Positions 1 through 10,181 of a stretch of DNA of 64,000 bases are shown here, piece by piece. Position 1 is the stretch's first letter, and every line of letters starts with the position of its first letter. Both the position numbers and the translations under genes were made by a program. This stretch comes from Candidatus Hodarchaeota archaeon (GTDB taxonomy: Archaea; Asgardarchaeota; Heimdallarchaeia; Hodarchaeales; Hodarchaeaceae), in contig JAEOTC010000086.1 of the NCBI GenBank assembly GCA_016840035.1, positions 1-64,000 of the forward strand, read 5' to 3'. The notes under the pieces were generated by a model. That model ran no database searches. It was given only the letters and a program-made list of their open reading frames with translations, and was not told where the DNA came from.

Positions 1-14
1 TCAAGTGGTTATCA

Positions 15-395
15 ATGAGTGGACTCGAAATCAGGGTGGAAAACCACCAGAAAATGTATTGTTGCCTTTGTACTGAAAAAATCGACAAAGTGGAAGTCGA
101 ATATCAATGTACGATGTGTTTACGTTTCATTTGTAAAAATTGCTTTACCGATCTTAAAAGTGTAAATCTAACTAAGTGTCCCTATTGCACCGCCTTAATT
201 GAAGGATTAGAACAAGGAAAAGAAGATTTAAAATCCATTAGTTCACTACGTTCCCTCGTCTTTTTCTATTATGAAAGAAAAAATTGGGAATTAACATGTT
301 TTTTTTCCTTAAAAGTTTTGAAAATCAATCCTGATGATAGTGAAATTAAGAGTATATATACTGAAGCAGATTATATGAATCGAAGTTATTTTTGA
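15..395 (+). CDS. C4C4 RING-like zinc finger protein with C-terminal TPR-like helices
   Basis: CCLC-x12-CTMC-x4-CKNC-x11-CPYC spacing fits a C4C4 (NOT4-type) RING; C-terminal LKINPDD resembles a TPR end. Confidence 0.6.
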   Translation: MSGLEIRVENHQKMYCCLCTEKIDKVEVEYQCTMCLRFICKNCFTDLKSVNLTKCPYCTALIEGLEQGKEDLKSISSLRSLVFFYYERKNWELTCFFSLKVLKINPDDSEIKSIYTEADYMNRSYF

Positions 396-460
396 CTGGA
401 TTTTTCACCCGATAAGTGATGAAGGCTTTCTTCCAAAAGAGGCCCGATTAGGAAGAATGC

Positions 461-1123
461 TCAATATTCTTCTGATGTGTGTTTATTTTTTTTATTTTCT
501 TGAAAAGTGGAATATGAAACAATTTCCTTCGCTAAGAGTTTGAATCCTTCATCAACATTTATTCTGTCTTTCGCAGAGGTTTCTAGGTACTGAACAGAAA
601 AACCTAGTTTTTCTTTAAGGAGTTTGGACAATTCTACTGCATATTCTTTCCCATAATGAGTAGGAACTTGATTTGGAAACCCTGGATTATCTCGTAGATC
701 ACATTTGGAACCGATAATTATTAAGGGACTCTTGCCAATTCCGTTTAAAGACCAATAGCTTTGAATCCACTCAACGAGATTCTTGTATGATTCCTGATTA
801 GTCACATCAAAAAAGCATAATGCTCCAACAGCACCATGGTAATAGAGTTTGCGTACCGCTTTAAATCTCGGTTGACCTGCCAAATCCCACACTTTAAATT
901 TTATAGCATAGGTGGTTTTTGTAGGAGGATGATAGTAAGGAACCTCTTGAAGTGCAAAATCAGCGCCAATAGTCATAAGATATTCAGTTTTAAATTCTTC
1001 TCCTAACCATGTACGTCGAAAGGCAGTTTTTCCCACTCCTCCATCACCAATCAGAACAATTTTAGCATGTATTTTCGTTCCTGAGAGAGATCGCGTTCGA
1101 CGTGTTCCTGCTTCTGGACCCAT
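461..1123 (-). CDS. Rab-like small GTPase
   Basis: G1 GDGGVGKT, TIGADF, G3 WDLAGQPRF, YYHGA, variant G4 SKCD, G5 ETSAK. Confidence 0.92.
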   Translation of the reverse strand: MGPEAGTRRTRSLSGTKIHAKIVLIGDGGVGKTAFRRTWLGEEFKTEYLMTIGADFALQEVPYYHPPTKTTYAIKFKVWDLAGQPRFKAVRKLYYHGAVGALCFFDVTNQESYKNLVEWIQSYWSLNGIGKSPLIIIGSKCDLRDNPGFPNQVPTHYGKEYAVELSKLLKEKLGFSVQYLETSAKDRINVDEGFKLLAKEIVSYSTFQENKKNKHTSEEY

Positions 1124-1362
1124 TTTCGTTTTTTTCCCGAACTATTGTTGTATCCCCACCTCTTCAAATACTTCATTTCGTTTTCTTTCAATACGCATAG
1201 CCGTCAGTCGATATGTTCAATGTTTTCTAAGACACTTCCATTCCTCGCCCGCGGGTTACTAATTGAGATTTCAGTGTGGAAATTGTCATTCCTCTCGTTT
1301 ACTAATAGTAATAGCCTTCAAGAGTCTAATAATGTTTGTTAATGAGATTTATACTCCTATAT

Positions 1363-2019
1363 CTAGTGGTCATTGCTTTTCTCACTACTTAGATTCCTAC
1401 GTTTCTTCTGGCCAAGAAGAGTCAAAATTACGAGGCTTCCTAAGCCTAATATTCCCATGGAAAGTGAAGGACTTAGAGTAGTTGTTACATCAGTGTAGAA
1501 TTGGTAGTTTGTCCACTCCTCCCATACCTTATAGGAATTATTTACCCCTGAATATGATGTTACCTCACCATAGTGTATAACTATGCTATCGACTTTGATT
1601 TGTATTTTCACCTTGATTGTTGAACCATAGGGGCAACTAATGTTCTGTAACCAATAAGATTGAGGAAAGAGAGTTATCGGCAATCCTTCTTCTGAATCTA
1701 TTTTTTGTCTACTTTCAAATTCTTTACACTCATCGCCTAATTCTACAAATACAATTTCAACTTCTTCTAATAAGACAGAAGTTTTTCCATTATTAGCTAC
1801 TCCCATGGTGAATTTGTACGGAGAATAAAAATCTCCATGAGTATCTCCCGTATCACAGGAGCCCCATGAATAGACAAAATTAAAAATTGCCAAGGCTATC
1901 GTGGGAGTTGTTTCATCACTTGTTGACTCTGCTGGTTTAATAGTTGTGATACATAGTAAAAATAAAACAAGGAAAACTCTTTTTGAATAAATGTCCCCAC
2001 ATACCAAGTATCCATTCAC
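1363..2019 (-). CDS. Secreted protein with C-terminal membrane anchor
   Basis: N-terminal hydrophobic signal; C-terminal Thr/Ser linker, TM helix and KKRR. Confidence 0.7.
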   Translation of the reverse strand: MNGYLVCGDIYSKRVFLVLFLLCITTIKPAESTSDETTPTIALAIFNFVYSWGSCDTGDTHGDFYSPYKFTMGVANNGKTSVLLEEVEIVFVELGDECKEFESRQKIDSEEGLPITLFPQSYWLQNISCPYGSTIKVKIQIKVDSIVIHYGEVTSYSGVNNSYKVWEEWTNYQFYTDVTTTLSPSLSMGILGLGSLVILTLLGQKKRRNLSSEKSNDH

Positions 2020-2296
2020 CCTTATGTTGGTGTGTTTGGTTATTCTATAATTATTCTATAAAGACCTATTGATTATTGCAATCTGACTCCTCATCAAGTG
2101 TTAGCTATAATTACCATTAACAGTGGAAATTGTTAATCCTCTCGTTTTTTTCCAGAAATAGTTTCAATAGGTTGTCAAGGGGTATTCCTGAGTGGACTGT
2201 TCTTTGAGAATCTTGGTGGTATTTATCGCGGTCTAAAGCTATAAAGCTGTTCGACTAAAAAATTAAAATATTCAATCGTGTTTTAGTTAGGATCAT

Positions 2297-4267
2297 ATGG
2301 TGAGGCATCAAGAAATTAAAAAGATGATTTCACAGAATCTCTTCAAAGAGGCATTAATACTTATTAATACTGTAGAAAGCTCTCAAAACATTGATTTAGA
2401 AGAATCAATAGTATATCGTTTTCTTAAGACACAGATACTGGTTAATTGTGGTAAGACCGAAGAAGGATTAGTGTTAGCAGATAAAGCATTAGTTATGGTT
2501 CGAACTCAAACTCCTGTAAACCAGTTATTGCTGCTTAATGCCATTATTACGAAAATTGAAGCTTTACGATGTGCTAAACAATTTGTTCCTACCTATTCTA
2601 GAGGAAACCTGTCACAGCATCTTCTCCTCCTTGAGGAGGGAGAAAGCCTCCTCGAATCCACTTCCGATCTTAAGTCACTGGAGAGAACAGAACGAGTCGC
2701 TATTTTGTTTAGAAATAAAGGGCTAATATTTCGAGCATTAGGAGAGTACGATCGTGCCATAAACACCCTTCAAAAGAGTAAAGCTCTTTATCAGATACTT
2801 GATAAAAAGGGGGAGTTGATTCAAGTACTTCTTGATCTAGCTGAAATCTTTGGATTAATGACTGATTGTAATCGTCAATTAGATATTTTACAAGAGTGTT
2901 TGAATCTTAATCATACTATTAACGATCAAGAAGGGTTTGTTGAAACCTTCCTAAATTTTGCTTCAGTCTATCTGACCCTTGGAGACCTGGAAACTGCTTT
3001 TAGTTATATTCAGAAAACTCACGAATTAATTGAGGGAATTCCAAGTTCCCGACGAATTGCACATTTGTATTTTAATCTCGGACTTTTTTATTACAACGCG
3101 AAAGATCAAACCACTGGTTCTTTTTCTTCTTTTCAACGGAGTTTATCTCTTATGCAGGAATTGGATGATAAGGATGGTATTCAATTATGCAGTCATTTAC
3201 TTGGAGATCTACACCAATATGTCAAAGGGGATTTCAACGAAGCTCTAGAGTATTATGAAAATAGTGAAGCAATTTATCAAGAAAATGGAACCATACTTGT
3301 TCATTGTTGGAACCTTCTTGACATGGGTAATCTCTATCATCTCAAAGGGGATTTAGATGCCGCACTTCTCAATTTTGAGAAAGCTCTTCCACTATTAGAA
3401 GATATCAAAAACGATTTTTATTTCTGTCAAACATTTCTTCATATTGGGCGTGTTTATCGATCGAAAGGAGACAATTCTACTGCATTAGGTTATTATAAGC
3501 AATGTCTAAAAGAATTAGATGAACGACGAGTATATCTTCGTCAAGAAACAGAAGGATTAGCCTTTTATGAGTCAATCGCCGTTATGCTTGACAGTAACGA
3601 TATAAAAGAAGCAAAGAAGTATTTTGAGCGATTTACTCAATTTTATCTCGCGAATTCTCAGAGAAAACAATTCCTTAAACAGTGGTATAACCTTGCCGAA
3701 GCATTAATTCTGAAAAATAGTGTTAGGATCAAGGATAAAGCGCGAGCTCAACAACTCTTTCAAGAGATAATTGACGATCCAAACGTGCAATTCAAGTTGC
3801 TAAATTATTTAGCAGATTCAAAGAGAACAGCCGTACTAAACCTTTGTGAACTCCTTCTTTTTGAGCTTAAATCTTCCTCGGATGAAATTACGGAAAAGAA
3901 CGAAATATTTCAAGAAGTGAAGCAGATTTTGTCCAATCTTGCATTATTAGCTCAAGAACAACATTCTTTCCCTTTACTTGTGGATGTTATAATCCTTCAA
4001 GCTAAATTGGCGTTAATTGAGGGGTTTCCTACAAAATCAATGCAATTCTTATCTCAGGCAAAGATTACTGCAGAGGAGAAAAATCTTCAATTATTATTTC
4101 GAAGAGTTGTTAATGAAGAGGCTATTTTGAAGACTCAATTAAGCATCTGGCAACGATTAATTGAAGAAAATGCTCCACTTCAAGAACGTCTTGCCCAGGC
4201 TCAGGTTGAGGAATATCTTTTGAAAGCAAAAAAAATAGTTAATCTCTCACCTCAAAGTCCTTCTTAA
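2297..4267 (+). CDS. Tetratricopeptide repeat protein
   Basis: Repeated LG.lY...GdydeAl..y.ksl motifs. Confidence 0.9.
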   Translation: MVRHQEIKKMISQNLFKEALILINTVESSQNIDLEESIVYRFLKTQILVNCGKTEEGLVLADKALVMVRTQTPVNQLLLLNAIITKIEALRCAKQFVPTYSRGNLSQHLLLLEEGESLLESTSDLKSLERTERVAILFRNKGLIFRALGEYDRAINTLQKSKALYQILDKKGELIQVLLDLAEIFGLMTDCNRQLDILQECLNLNHTINDQEGFVETFLNFASVYLTLGDLETAFSYIQKTHELIEGIPSSRRIAHLYFNLGLFYYNAKDQTTGSFSSFQRSLSLMQELDDKDGIQLCSHLLGDLHQYVKGDFNEALEYYENSEAIYQENGTILVHCWNLLDMGNLYHLKGDLDAALLNFEKALPLLEDIKNDFYFCQTFLHIGRVYRSKGDNSTALGYYKQCLKELDERRVYLRQETEGLAFYESIAVMLDSNDIKEAKKYFERFTQFYLANSQRKQFLKQWYNLAEALILKNSVRIKDKARAQQLFQEIIDDPNVQFKLLNYLADSKRTAVLNLCELLLFELKSSSDEITEKNEIFQEVKQILSNLALLAQEQHSFPLLVDVIILQAKLALIEGFPTKSMQFLSQAKITAEEKNLQLLFRRVVNEEAILKTQLSIWQRLIEENAPLQERLAQAQVEEYLLKAKKIVNLSPQSPS

Positions 4268-4283
4268 ATTAAAAAACTCATTT

Positions 4284-4324
4284 AAAAAAAGAGGGTGATC
4301 CAGACTTTAAGTCTGAATCCTCTC
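4284..4324 (-). terminator. Hairpin plus T-tract between convergent genes
   Basis: CAGACT/AGTCTG inner stem with flanking GAGGG/CCTCTC pairing; A7 run on + strand is T7 on - strand. Confidence 0.45.
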
Positions 4325-4432
4325 GGCGAGATAATTTAAAGTGTTGAGGGCTCTTTTGGGATTGACTTTAAACGATCCCACCTGGATAATGGGGGGTGAA
4401 TTCCAATGTGTAACCAAATCAAAAGTTATCAT
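4307..4432 (-). CDS. Putative 41-aa small protein (MITFDLVTHWNSPPIIQVGSFKVNPKRALNTLNYLAERIQT)
   Basis: Manually translated ATG..TAA ORF below the track cutoff; AT-rich upstream region; ends in a hairpin plus T-run. Confidence 0.4.
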   Translation of the reverse strand: MITFDLVTHWNSPPIIQVGSFKVNPKRALNTLNYLAERIQT

Positions 4433-4755
4433 TTTATCTAGTATGAATTTTCAATACTTTTTTATGTTTATCAACAATCTCTTCTTTTTAAACTTCAATT
4501 AAATAGATAAATTAAATTAAATTAACATTTACTTTTATTCTTACTAATTTTTATCTAAATGTTTTAACACAATATAGATTTAATCTCTTTAATTTATCTA
4601 AATATTAACAATAATAGGTTAACTTGATGAATATTCCTTTTTTTAAAAAATTTCTTTTTTAATCGATTCTTGAATTATAATTTATGATAGAAAAGTTTTT
4701 ATAATATAAGAATTTCATAAATATCTGTAGTTTTCTTCGTTCACATCCGAAGAAA

Positions 4756-7700
4756 ATGAACTATTCCAAAGAGGACGTGGGAAAAATGGTTTCAATAACT
4801 CGTTCAACGGTGAGTTGGTTATGTGTTGTTTGTATTTTGCTACCATTGTTCCCCTCCTCAATTTCCCCACCCTCATCTTCGAACAGTATTCATCTTTCCT
4901 CTTTAAATACTCCCAATGAAAATGGTGGGTATAACCGCTCATTAAGTGAGTATGAAATCCGGAGAAGCGTTCAAGATTCTTTCTTTAATGCAACAGAGGG
5001 TCTAGTTAATTGGTGGCGTGGAGAAGGTACTGCTACCGATACAGTTGGGAATGCCCCTGGTGAATTTATGGGAGAAGTTGCTTATGGACCTGGAATTGCG
5101 GGGCAGGCGTTTCGATTAAATGGGATTGATAGTTTCATTAATATTCCTGATACTCCCTTCTTTAATTTTGAGTTTACCGATTTTACTCTTTCTTTCTGGG
5201 TGAATTTTGCCTCTATAGAGGGGGAGATGATTCTGATTGAAAAGTGGATTGAAAAGCATGGCCCCTTATCTGAAGGTTGGACACTCACTAAATTAGTTGA
5301 TAACACTCTCCTTTTTGCTGCTAATCCCGGTGGTTGCTCCACTCCTCTCTCTTTTATTCCTCTCAATAACTGGATTAATATTGTTGTTACTCGTTCGAGT
5401 GGTAATTTTGAAATTTACTGGAATGCTACATCCCTCGTATCAGCTAGCATCCCTTATATTGTTCCCTCGACATCCTCTATGAAATTTGGTCATCGTGGGA
5501 ATCCGAGTGACACTCCTGGCTCTCTTGGGAATAGTGGGGGGTTTTTCCTTGATGGGTTACTGGATGAAGTACGCATTTACAATCGAGGGATGACTGCAGA
5601 TGAAATCACCTATCATTTTGAGAATTTGATGTCCCCTTTCACATCTTCTCTGGAAGCCTCAAGCAATGAAGATCTGGCTGCTTTGGCAGTTAGTGGGGCA
5701 GGTACTTTTCAAGAACCGTATATTTTAGACAACTGGACTGTTAAAACTCTTGGAGGATCAGGGATTTACATTCATGACACCACGGCCCATTTTATTATTC
5801 AAAATTGTCGGATTGAAACGAATTCTGCGGGAAATGGCATTTTACTTGAAAATGTTGCCCCTGGTACGGCTATTCTAACAAATAATAGCTGTAAGTTCAA
5901 TATACAAGGAATTGAAATAAAAAATTCTCCCAGTACTACACTCCTCAATAATTGGTGTGTCCAGAATATGGATTGTGGAATTTGGCTTCTGCAATCTGGA
6001 GGGTGTACCCTCACGAAGAATACGGCTACTCGTAACTACCGTGGTATTGAAGTAACTAATTCTCTTAATACAATCTTACTTAACAACACCTGTAATCAGA
6101 ATAGTATTGGAGGTATCTGGCTTTGGGCTGGCAGTTCAAATTCCAGGGTTGAATCTAATAGGTGTCAGAATAATACCTATGGTATTCATTTCAATGATGT
6201 AAACAATTGTACTATTCTTGGAAACTACTTATTTAACAATGTTCAGGGATTTTTAGTTCAATCCTGTTCTGAAACAACGTTTTTATCAAATTATATTGCG
6301 TTTAATACCGTGTGTGGAACTTTAGTACGCAATTCTGTCCAGATTACTCTTTCCAATAATTCATTTATCTTTAACGGAGCAAATGCTTCTATTAGTGATG
6401 ACTGGGGTGGTTCTGGGTTAAGTGTAATAGACTCCATAAATGGTTTGATTTCTAACAATCTCTTTTATAATAATACTTTTACAGCCCTGAAATTTTACTT
6501 TTCAGAAGGTTTTTTTATCACTAGTAATAGTTTCATTAAGAATATGCATGGTATCCCCCCAGAAAATGTCTCCCAAGTTTATGAATTTACTTCTCCTTTG
6601 AAAGAGGCAAATATTTTTTCGTATAATTTCTGGGATGATTGGATTCAACCTGATGAGGATAATGATAGCATTGTAGATTATCCGTATCTACTTGGGGGAA
6701 ATGCTGTCAATATGGATTTCTTTCCTCTAACGACCCCAAATCAGTTGGTCGCAAATCAAAATCATCTGTTTTTCCTTCCAGAGGTATGCTCTTCATATAA
6801 AAATAAAATTTTTGATCAAGAGGTGCATATAAGCTGGATAGAGGCTATTGATAGTTATGGCCATTCGATAACCTATACTCTTTATTATTCACTTGATAAT
6901 GGGAGAGAATGGAAGATTATTCAGTCAAATCTTACCTCTCCCGTCTATCTTTGGGACCTTGCCAACATAACTGAAAGTTATGAATGTTTCATTAAAGTCA
7001 TGGCGGTTTGCTCTGAAGAGCAAATTGAGAATACTATTGTTTTTGGGGTTTTCACTATTGATAAATTTGCCCCCCAAGTAGTTTTAGATTGTAAGTCAGT
7101 AATACATGCAGATGATCCAATCCACCTCTCCGTGAGGGATATGTCGTTGGTTTCATTGTCCTGTCTTTGGGATTCTTCTATTATAGCCAACACTCTCTCT
7201 GAATCCTCTCATAATTCCTCCTGGAAATCTTTTCAGGTAGCTCCTCTTTCTACGGAAGGGAATCATACATTGACTATAACTGCAATTGATGCACTGGGAC
7301 GGCAGACAACTCAACTTTTTCGCTTGTACATCAATTCTCCGCCAGTCATTGAGCTTTTGTCCCATCAAAATAATTCGATCCTCCTTATGAATTCTCAAAT
7401 CTCTCTTGATATTTTGGACGAGACATTGATTGATGTTTGGTTCTTCTGGGACTTTCAGATAAGGAAATCTCTTCAACATCCATTTAAAGTTCCATCCTTT
7501 CCCTCTCGCGGTTTTCATACTCTCACTATTGAGGCTCAAGATAGCTGGATGTTTAATTCGACTAGAAAGTATTATTTCTATACCCTCGGGCCAATATTCT
7601 TTGAGCTTACTAAACCTCCTCCTTCAATGGCTTATGCCCGAGAGAGTTTTATTACTTCACTAAGAGTGAGAAATGTTGAATTAATCGACCTTATCTTGAT

Positions 7701-8292
7701 CTTAACAATTTTTGGGACCATAGATGAGGTATTAGAGGGAAATAACTCGTTCCTTATCATTCCTTCACAGGGGGAAGAGATTATTGACATAAAAATCCGG
7801 CCAAAACATGCTAGTCATCATTCACTCACTTTTATTTTGTTCCACGAGGGTTTATCTTATCAAGAGTATGAACTTTCGTTTCATGTTTCCCCCCATTGGA
7901 TGTCTCCCTCCTTTCTTCTCCTGTTGCTCAATATATTGACGATGCTTTTCATTGTAGTAGCTAGCAATCTCTTGATTCTAAGATACTACCTTAGGAGTAG
8001 ATTTTACTGGTCTTCTCATGCAAGATTGAACCAATTGATTGATCAAATTACCCTGTCAAATTTAGAATTGAGGGAGATAGAAGATCTTGCTAACGGCTCC
8101 ACCGCTCCTTCAAATTACCCTCTTGGTTCCCCCCAACGTCTATATCAAAGAAATTGGCAACCTCCTAATCGGGAAATACTTGAAAGACGTTTTCATGTAC
8201 TTCATGATGAAATTAAACAAAGGAATCCGATTAACAAAGAAAAATTGTCAAAATTGCTCAATGAATGTGAAGAATTACTTTGTATGCATTAG
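4756..8292 (+). CDS. Large surface protein: LamG/concanavalin-like domain, NosD-type right-handed beta-helix, Ig/Fn3-like domains, C-terminal TM and cytoplasmic tail
   Basis: FTLSFWV and GLLDEVRIYNR (LamG); many N..GI.l..s.n repeats and NFWDDW..PD.D.D.IVD.PY (NosD); hydrophobic helix near aa 1055-1080. Confidence 0.85.
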   Translation: MNYSKEDVGKMVSITRSTVSWLCVVCILLPLFPSSISPPSSSNSIHLSSLNTPNENGGYNRSLSEYEIRRSVQDSFFNATEGLVNWWRGEGTATDTVGNAPGEFMGEVAYGPGIAGQAFRLNGIDSFINIPDTPFFNFEFTDFTLSFWVNFASIEGEMILIEKWIEKHGPLSEGWTLTKLVDNTLLFAANPGGCSTPLSFIPLNNWINIVVTRSSGNFEIYWNATSLVSASIPYIVPSTSSMKFGHRGNPSDTPGSLGNSGGFFLDGLLDEVRIYNRGMTADEITYHFENLMSPFTSSLEASSNEDLAALAVSGAGTFQEPYILDNWTVKTLGGSGIYIHDTTAHFIIQNCRIETNSAGNGILLENVAPGTAILTNNSCKFNIQGIEIKNSPSTTLLNNWCVQNMDCGIWLLQSGGCTLTKNTATRNYRGIEVTNSLNTILLNNTCNQNSIGGIWLWAGSSNSRVESNRCQNNTYGIHFNDVNNCTILGNYLFNNVQGFLVQSCSETTFLSNYIAFNTVCGTLVRNSVQITLSNNSFIFNGANASISDDWGGSGLSVIDSINGLISNNLFYNNTFTALKFYFSEGFFITSNSFIKNMHGIPPENVSQVYEFTSPLKEANIFSYNFWDDWIQPDEDNDSIVDYPYLLGGNAVNMDFFPLTTPNQLVANQNHLFFLPEVCSSYKNKIFDQEVHISWIEAIDSYGHSITYTLYYSLDNGREWKIIQSNLTSPVYLWDLANITESYECFIKVMAVCSEEQIENTIVFGVFTIDKFAPQVVLDCKSVIHADDPIHLSVRDMSLVSLSCLWDSSIIANTLSESSHNSSWKSFQVAPLSTEGNHTLTITAIDALGRQTTQLFRLYINSPPVIELLSHQNNSILLMNSQISLDILDETLIDVWFFWDFQIRKSLQHPFKVPSFPSRGFHTLTIEAQDSWMFNSTRKYYFYTLGPIFFELTKPPPSMAYARESFITSLRVRNVELIDLILILTIFGTIDEVLEGNNSFLIIPSQGEEIIDIKIRPKHASHHSLTFILFHEGLSYQEYELSFHVSPHWMSPSFLLLLLNILTMLFIVVASNLLILRYYLRSRFYWSSHARLNQLIDQITLSNLELREIEDLANGSTAPSNYPLGSPQRLYQRNWQPPNREILERRFHVLHDEIKQRNPINKEKLSKLLNECEELLCMH

Positions 8293-8472
8293 TCCTTTTT
8301 TTTATCCGATTTCCAATGGATTGAGATAATCCAAAAAGTGTCAATCCTCTCGTGTTTATCGAAAAATAGCCTTTAAAAGGATTGTACTCGAAAAACGATC
8401 TTTGAGTCCTAAAATTGCTGAATTTTAATACTTCAGATAGTTATCAGATGTGATGATAATTTCGAGAGTTTT

Positions 8473-9807
8473 TCAGGGTTGAGCTGACAGATCGGCTTGT
8501 TTTTGCATAAATAACTTATCTCGGTTCCTTACCCAGCTAATAAGTAACAAGGAAAGAATAACAATATTTATTCCCATTGCGATGATCAGTAACCATCCTC
8601 CTCCATCCTGTTCATAAATAAATCCAGCTATCGGACTTAAAAACACTCCAAATGCCTGTATAGACATTCCTAGAATTGCTACTACTTTTCCTGTATGTTC
8701 ACGAGGAAGTCTTCTTCCGATAGCTCCCCAAGCTATTGTTCTCCAGATTACATCATTACCTGCCTTAATAATAACCGCAATAAATGCCGTACTGGATATA
8801 AGTGTTAAAACTAATTCACTTGATTGAAAATCAATCCAAGTGGGAAGCATCGGAGAATTGAATAATACGAATATGGATAAAGGTAAGAATAAATAAGCTA
8901 AGAACATGATTTTCGCATCATTAGTTGTTCGATCCAGGAGGGCTCCCGCAGCTAATCCCCCAATAACACCTACGATTGTTGACCCTATCATTGTATAGTT
9001 TAAGGTGTTATAATTCATTCCTACTTCTTCATTTAGAAAGAAGTTTTGTGCGAATTGGTAATTTATATCACTGCTTACATCCAAAAGAAATACGACGAAA
9101 AATAGCGGAATAGTTGCTAACATTACTTTAAGACCAGTAGAATACTGTATCACCAAATCTTGAGCAAAACCATTTTGTTCTTTTGTTTTTTCTGCAATTT
9201 CTACATTTGTTTGCTCCAAGAAGAATAACCGAATAAAGAAATCTATCATATTCGCCGTACCTGCTAGGAGAAAGAATTGTCGAAGGCCTTCCACAAAACT
9301 ATCCGTAATTAGGACTCCAACTAGGAGTAGGCCTAGGACTCCAAAAACCCCAGTTAATGTAAAAAGGCTGGTACCAGTTCCCATTCGTTCCTTCGGTAGA
9401 GATTCAAACAAGATTGGATCAATGGATGCCTGACAAAATTGTGCTAGCGAGAAAACTGTCCACACAATTACTAAACTAATGAATGTATCAACAAAAGGCA
9501 TGAGAAACATTGCCATAGCAATGAAAAATTTATTGAACGTCGCCATATACCGTCTATGATGAATGTACTTATCTGCCCAATACCCCCCGAGCATAGTGAA
9601 GAATAGACCAATAAGCATGGCCCAACCATTTGCAATTCCTAATTCTAGATAGTTTATTCCAACATCTCGAAAATATAAATTCAAATATACCCAGGCTGCA
9701 AGAAAAAGCGATCCAGTATAATTTGTAAGCAGAATCACAACGTAATTTCGTGACTGGAAAACTTCTTTCAAGTCTTGAATATACGACGAAGGTTTTATCT
9801 CATTCAT
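8473..9807 (-). CDS. MFS transporter
   Basis: About 12 TM helices; GGYWADKY motif A; ESLPKERMG and LPREHTGK loops. Confidence 0.88.
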   Translation of the reverse strand: MNEIKPSSYIQDLKEVFQSRNYVVILLTNYTGSLFLAAWVYLNLYFRDVGINYLELGIANGWAMLIGLFFTMLGGYWADKYIHHRRYMATFNKFFIAMAMFLMPFVDTFISLVIVWTVFSLAQFCQASIDPILFESLPKERMGTGTSLFTLTGVFGVLGLLLVGVLITDSFVEGLRQFFLLAGTANMIDFFIRLFFLEQTNVEIAEKTKEQNGFAQDLVIQYSTGLKVMLATIPLFFVVFLLDVSSDINYQFAQNFFLNEEVGMNYNTLNYTMIGSTIVGVIGGLAAGALLDRTTNDAKIMFLAYLFLPLSIFVLFNSPMLPTWIDFQSSELVLTLISSTAFIAVIIKAGNDVIWRTIAWGAIGRRLPREHTGKVVAILGMSIQAFGVFLSPIAGFIYEQDGGGWLLIIAMGINIVILSLLLISWVRNRDKLFMQKQADLSAQP

Positions 9808-9858
9808 GATTGAATTTCCCTTCCTCTCCGCTTATTATAAAACGGTTTTATTGTGGTA

Positions 9859-9913
9859 ATTCGCTAATTTCTTTGGTGCAACACCAATCTGATATTAAGA
9901 TTTTAGCTGATTT
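9859..9913 (-). promoter_or_regulatory. Upstream element copy 1 (before MFS gene)
   Basis: ATTCGCTAATTTCTTT...ATTTTAGCTGATTT, near-identical to 11425-11478. Confidence 0.6.
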
Positions 9914-9997
9914 GGAATTAGTTTTCCTATCTATTAAGAGACTAGTGTCTTAGAAGTATTAAGTTTAATAACAGAGCAGTGTACGCGTGGAGGTCCG

Positions 9998-10152
9998 CCG
10001 ACAGACTCAGTGTTTCTACCACACTCCCACTCCTCGCGCAAGGGCTATTACTCTTAGATTAGGTGGAAATGGTCAATCTTCTCGTTTTCTCCAAGAAATA
10101 GCCGCAAGGAGTTGTCAAAGTGGGTTTCTTGTGTCTAATGCTCTTATGTCGG
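9998..10152 (-). ncRNA. Candidate structured RNA or palindromic element
   Basis: Nested stems CCGACA/TGTCGG, ACTCCT.GCG/CGC.AGGAGT, GGCTATT/AATAGCC, AGATT/AATCT; GC-richer than flanks. Confidence 0.4.
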
Positions 10153-10181
10153 ATGGTCTTTTATTTATTCTTTTTATTTTC

